A stretch of DNA of 64,000 nucleotides, from contig NIVC01000926.1 in assembly GCA_002269645.1 (NCBI GenBank), positions 1-64,000 on the forward strand, in the 5' to 3' direction. The translations under genes were made by a program, and so were the position numbers. This DNA comes from Macrostomum lignano. Taxonomy: Eukaryota. Shown here piece by piece: positions 61,692 through 64,000 of this stretch (positions are counted from its first letter, which is position 1; each line of letters opens with the position of its first letter). Below the pieces are notes generated by a model, which worked only from the letters and a program-made list of their open reading frames with translations, searched no databases and was not told the origin of the DNA.

Positions 61692-64000
61692 ATGCCAAAA
61701 GCCAATCCAGCAAAAGATTCAGTCAACAAATATTTTTCAAAAGGCGTCTCATTTCAAGACAAAAGTAATTTACTAAGAGAAGCATGTAAACAAAGGTTCA
61801 ACACCGACCCTGGTCACCTGGGAAGCTATGAAAAACAGTTGGAAATCATCAACCAATTAAAATCCAACCAGTATGCGCCTATACAAAATCCTGCAAAGGA
61901 ACACCAAGAGAGGAGTCGCAACTTAGTTAACAAATACGAAACTCTCACTGGTGAAAAAGCAAAGTACCCACAAAATAAGCAGGAACAAGAGAAATTAGAG
62001 CAATTAATCCATTTAAAAGAGTCGGAGCTTGCCACCGAAGAGATTAATTTTGCACAGAGGAAGTTTACAGAACATTACATAGAGTACACAATCCCAATAA
62101 ACGGCACCACCGCAAACATCTACGACTATAAAGACAGCATCCAATCAGTTGTTGATCACACACTCAAAACACGCAAGACCTTTAAACTACAGATATCATT
62201 CAAGATTGCGTTTTATATGCCTGCAAAACCCACTGAGCATCTCGAGTATTACATGACAACAAAGGCAAAGCCATTCACCCCTACAGACACACTGGATCCT
62301 TTCCTTCAAGATGTCACTAAGAAAATTGAAGCGTTTACATCCAGAGGTTCCGGATGGGTCGTGGGAGGGATTTAAAGTGCGACTGTTATGGTCATGAAAT
62401 ATGACCCACTTAAAGCCTCCTCTTATATAGAGCTCCCGCATAAGCTTGCCGGCAAAAAAGCTTGCATAAATGTTAAAAATAAAGACAATTGCTGTGCTCT
62501 ATGGGCAGTTCTTTCTGCACTTCATCATGATAGTGTCCTTCACCACCCCGAAAGAACCTCAAATTATCAAAATTATTTCAAGCATTATCTCATCGAATTT
62601 AAAAAGAAGGGAATCAGGTTTGACAAAGGAGGCTTGGCGATCTCTCAGATCCCAAAGCTAGAAGAAGTGTTTAATAACAAAATTAGAATCACAGTCTTTG
62701 AGTGGAGTGAAAAAAACTGAGAAAGTTCAACCGGTCAGATGTAGCAAAGACGTTTTAGATCCTGAGGGGAAAAGGCGGACTGAAGTGGATCTTCTAGTGA
62801 TTGGTAATTTACTAGAGGAGGCTCACTATGTTTGGATTAAAGATCTTTCAAGACTCATTCACAAGCAGTTGAATAATCATCACGAGGCTGTTGCCATCTG
62901 CCGCTTGTGCCTTAAGCATTACAGTGGACCTGAGCGTTTTTGAAAAACTAGCAGAGCATGAATTATCATGTGAGGATCACCCGACCGATTGCTTTCTTCC
63001 TTCAGCTGAAGAGAAGTATCTCCGTTTTAAGAACTATCACAAAATGGAGAAGCTCCCATTTGTTGTATATGCTGATTTCGAATGCTCAATCATGCCAGAG
63101 ACTCAAAAACAAACTCAAACTCCAAGACAAACTCAAACTCAAAAACATGTCCCCAATTCAGTAGCATATGCCTTTATTAATACAAAAGGACTTGATGAGT
63201 ATAATTATTTCTTTGGAGACCAGTGTGTGGAGCAGTTTATTGCCAGAATGTTAGAGTTGCAAAAAGTGATTAGCACCCTTCAACCTGTTCCAATAATGAT
63301 GACTGAGGAGGATGAAAGCAATTTCCTTTCAGCAACTCATTGCCACATCTGCAGGAAACAGTTAACTTGCACTGATTTTAAAAACCCCACCGTTAGGGAC
63401 CACTGTCACTTTACTGGGAAATTTAGAGGTGCAGTGCATAACACCTGTAATCTAAAGCTAAAATCAAACATTCATGATCTAACGATATTTTGTCACAACG
63501 CAAAGAACTATGACATGCATTTAATAGTTGAAAAAATCGGCATGATTCCAGACATACACCTTGACTGCATCGCAGAGAACAAAAGAGAAGTTTAAGTGTG
63601 TTGATATTAAACAGGATAATTCGGGTAACAGTGAAGGTAAAATAAGACTGAAGGATTCATATCAATTTCTAGCTGCCAGTCTAGACGAACTAAGCAAGAA
63701 TCTAAAAGATGAACAATGTACATATACAAAGATATTTGCAAGTAAAATTAACAACAGTGATGAATCATTTAAACTTTTAAGAAAGAAAGGCTTCTACCCC
63801 TATGAAAATATTACTGGGTATCACGTATTTGAAGAAGGTTTACCACCACAGGAGAAGTTCTTTTCAAAGCTAACAGACTCTGGAATCTCTGACAAAGACT
63901 ATGAGCACGCGAAGCATGTCTATAATTACTTTAATTGTCAAAACTTCTTCCAGTATCACCTGCTTTACCTCTTCACAGATGTGTTTCTGCTGGCTGATGT
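61692..64000 (+). CDS. Protein-primed DNA polymerase B, N-terminal two-thirds, with several frameshifts
   Basis: IEAFTSRGSGW, YDPLKASSYIELP...INVKNKDNCCALWAV, HYVWIK, VVYADFEC, CHIC...VRDHCHFTGKFRGAVHNTCN, HNAKNYD, KDSYQFL..SLDEL, RKKGFYPYE, YLFTDVFLLAD. Frame changes at ~62375, 62720, 62940 and 63590. Confidence 0.93.

Larger units (their letters stand above)
58620..64000 (+). mobile_element. Polinton/Maverick (adintovirus-like) element, left part; continues beyond the window
   Basis: Co-located rve integrase, protein-primed PolB, PLA2-like and pX-like ORFs. The left boundary (AGTAG at 58620) is tentative. Confidence 0.9.

Overview
Eukaryotic (metazoan) genomic DNA made up almost entirely of nested transposable elements. 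The LINE peptide and gene style suggest a flatworm such as Macrostomum, but this is inference only. The one confidently identified host gene is the 3' end of DNA-PKcs (PRKDC; 427-2061, +), whose kinase exon carries several single-base frameshifts. After it come: a MITE; a 1.6-kb (TCTG)n tract; an internally deleted Bel/Pao element; a minus-strand LTR remnant with three tandem PBS-like motifs; three different Crypton-type (DUF3504) tyrosine-recombinase genes; three mariner fragments; a 2.75-kb TTAA-flanked foldback element; a full-length THAP/P-element with 32-bp TIRs and an 8-bp TSD; an intact IS630/Tc1-type transposon with DD30E spacing; and two Gypsy elements, one of which lacks PR/RT/RH. 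A 17.6-kb head-to-tail array of five non-autonomous Helitrons is inserted at an A|T site in that Gypsy's integrase ORF, and each unit carries a tRNA-like Pol III head. The window ends in the left part of a Polinton/Maverick (adintovirus-like) element encoding PLA2, integrase, an adenovirus pX-like protein and a protein-primed PolB. All calls come from manual reading and translation; no database searches were run. Many frameshifts could be long-read assembly errors.
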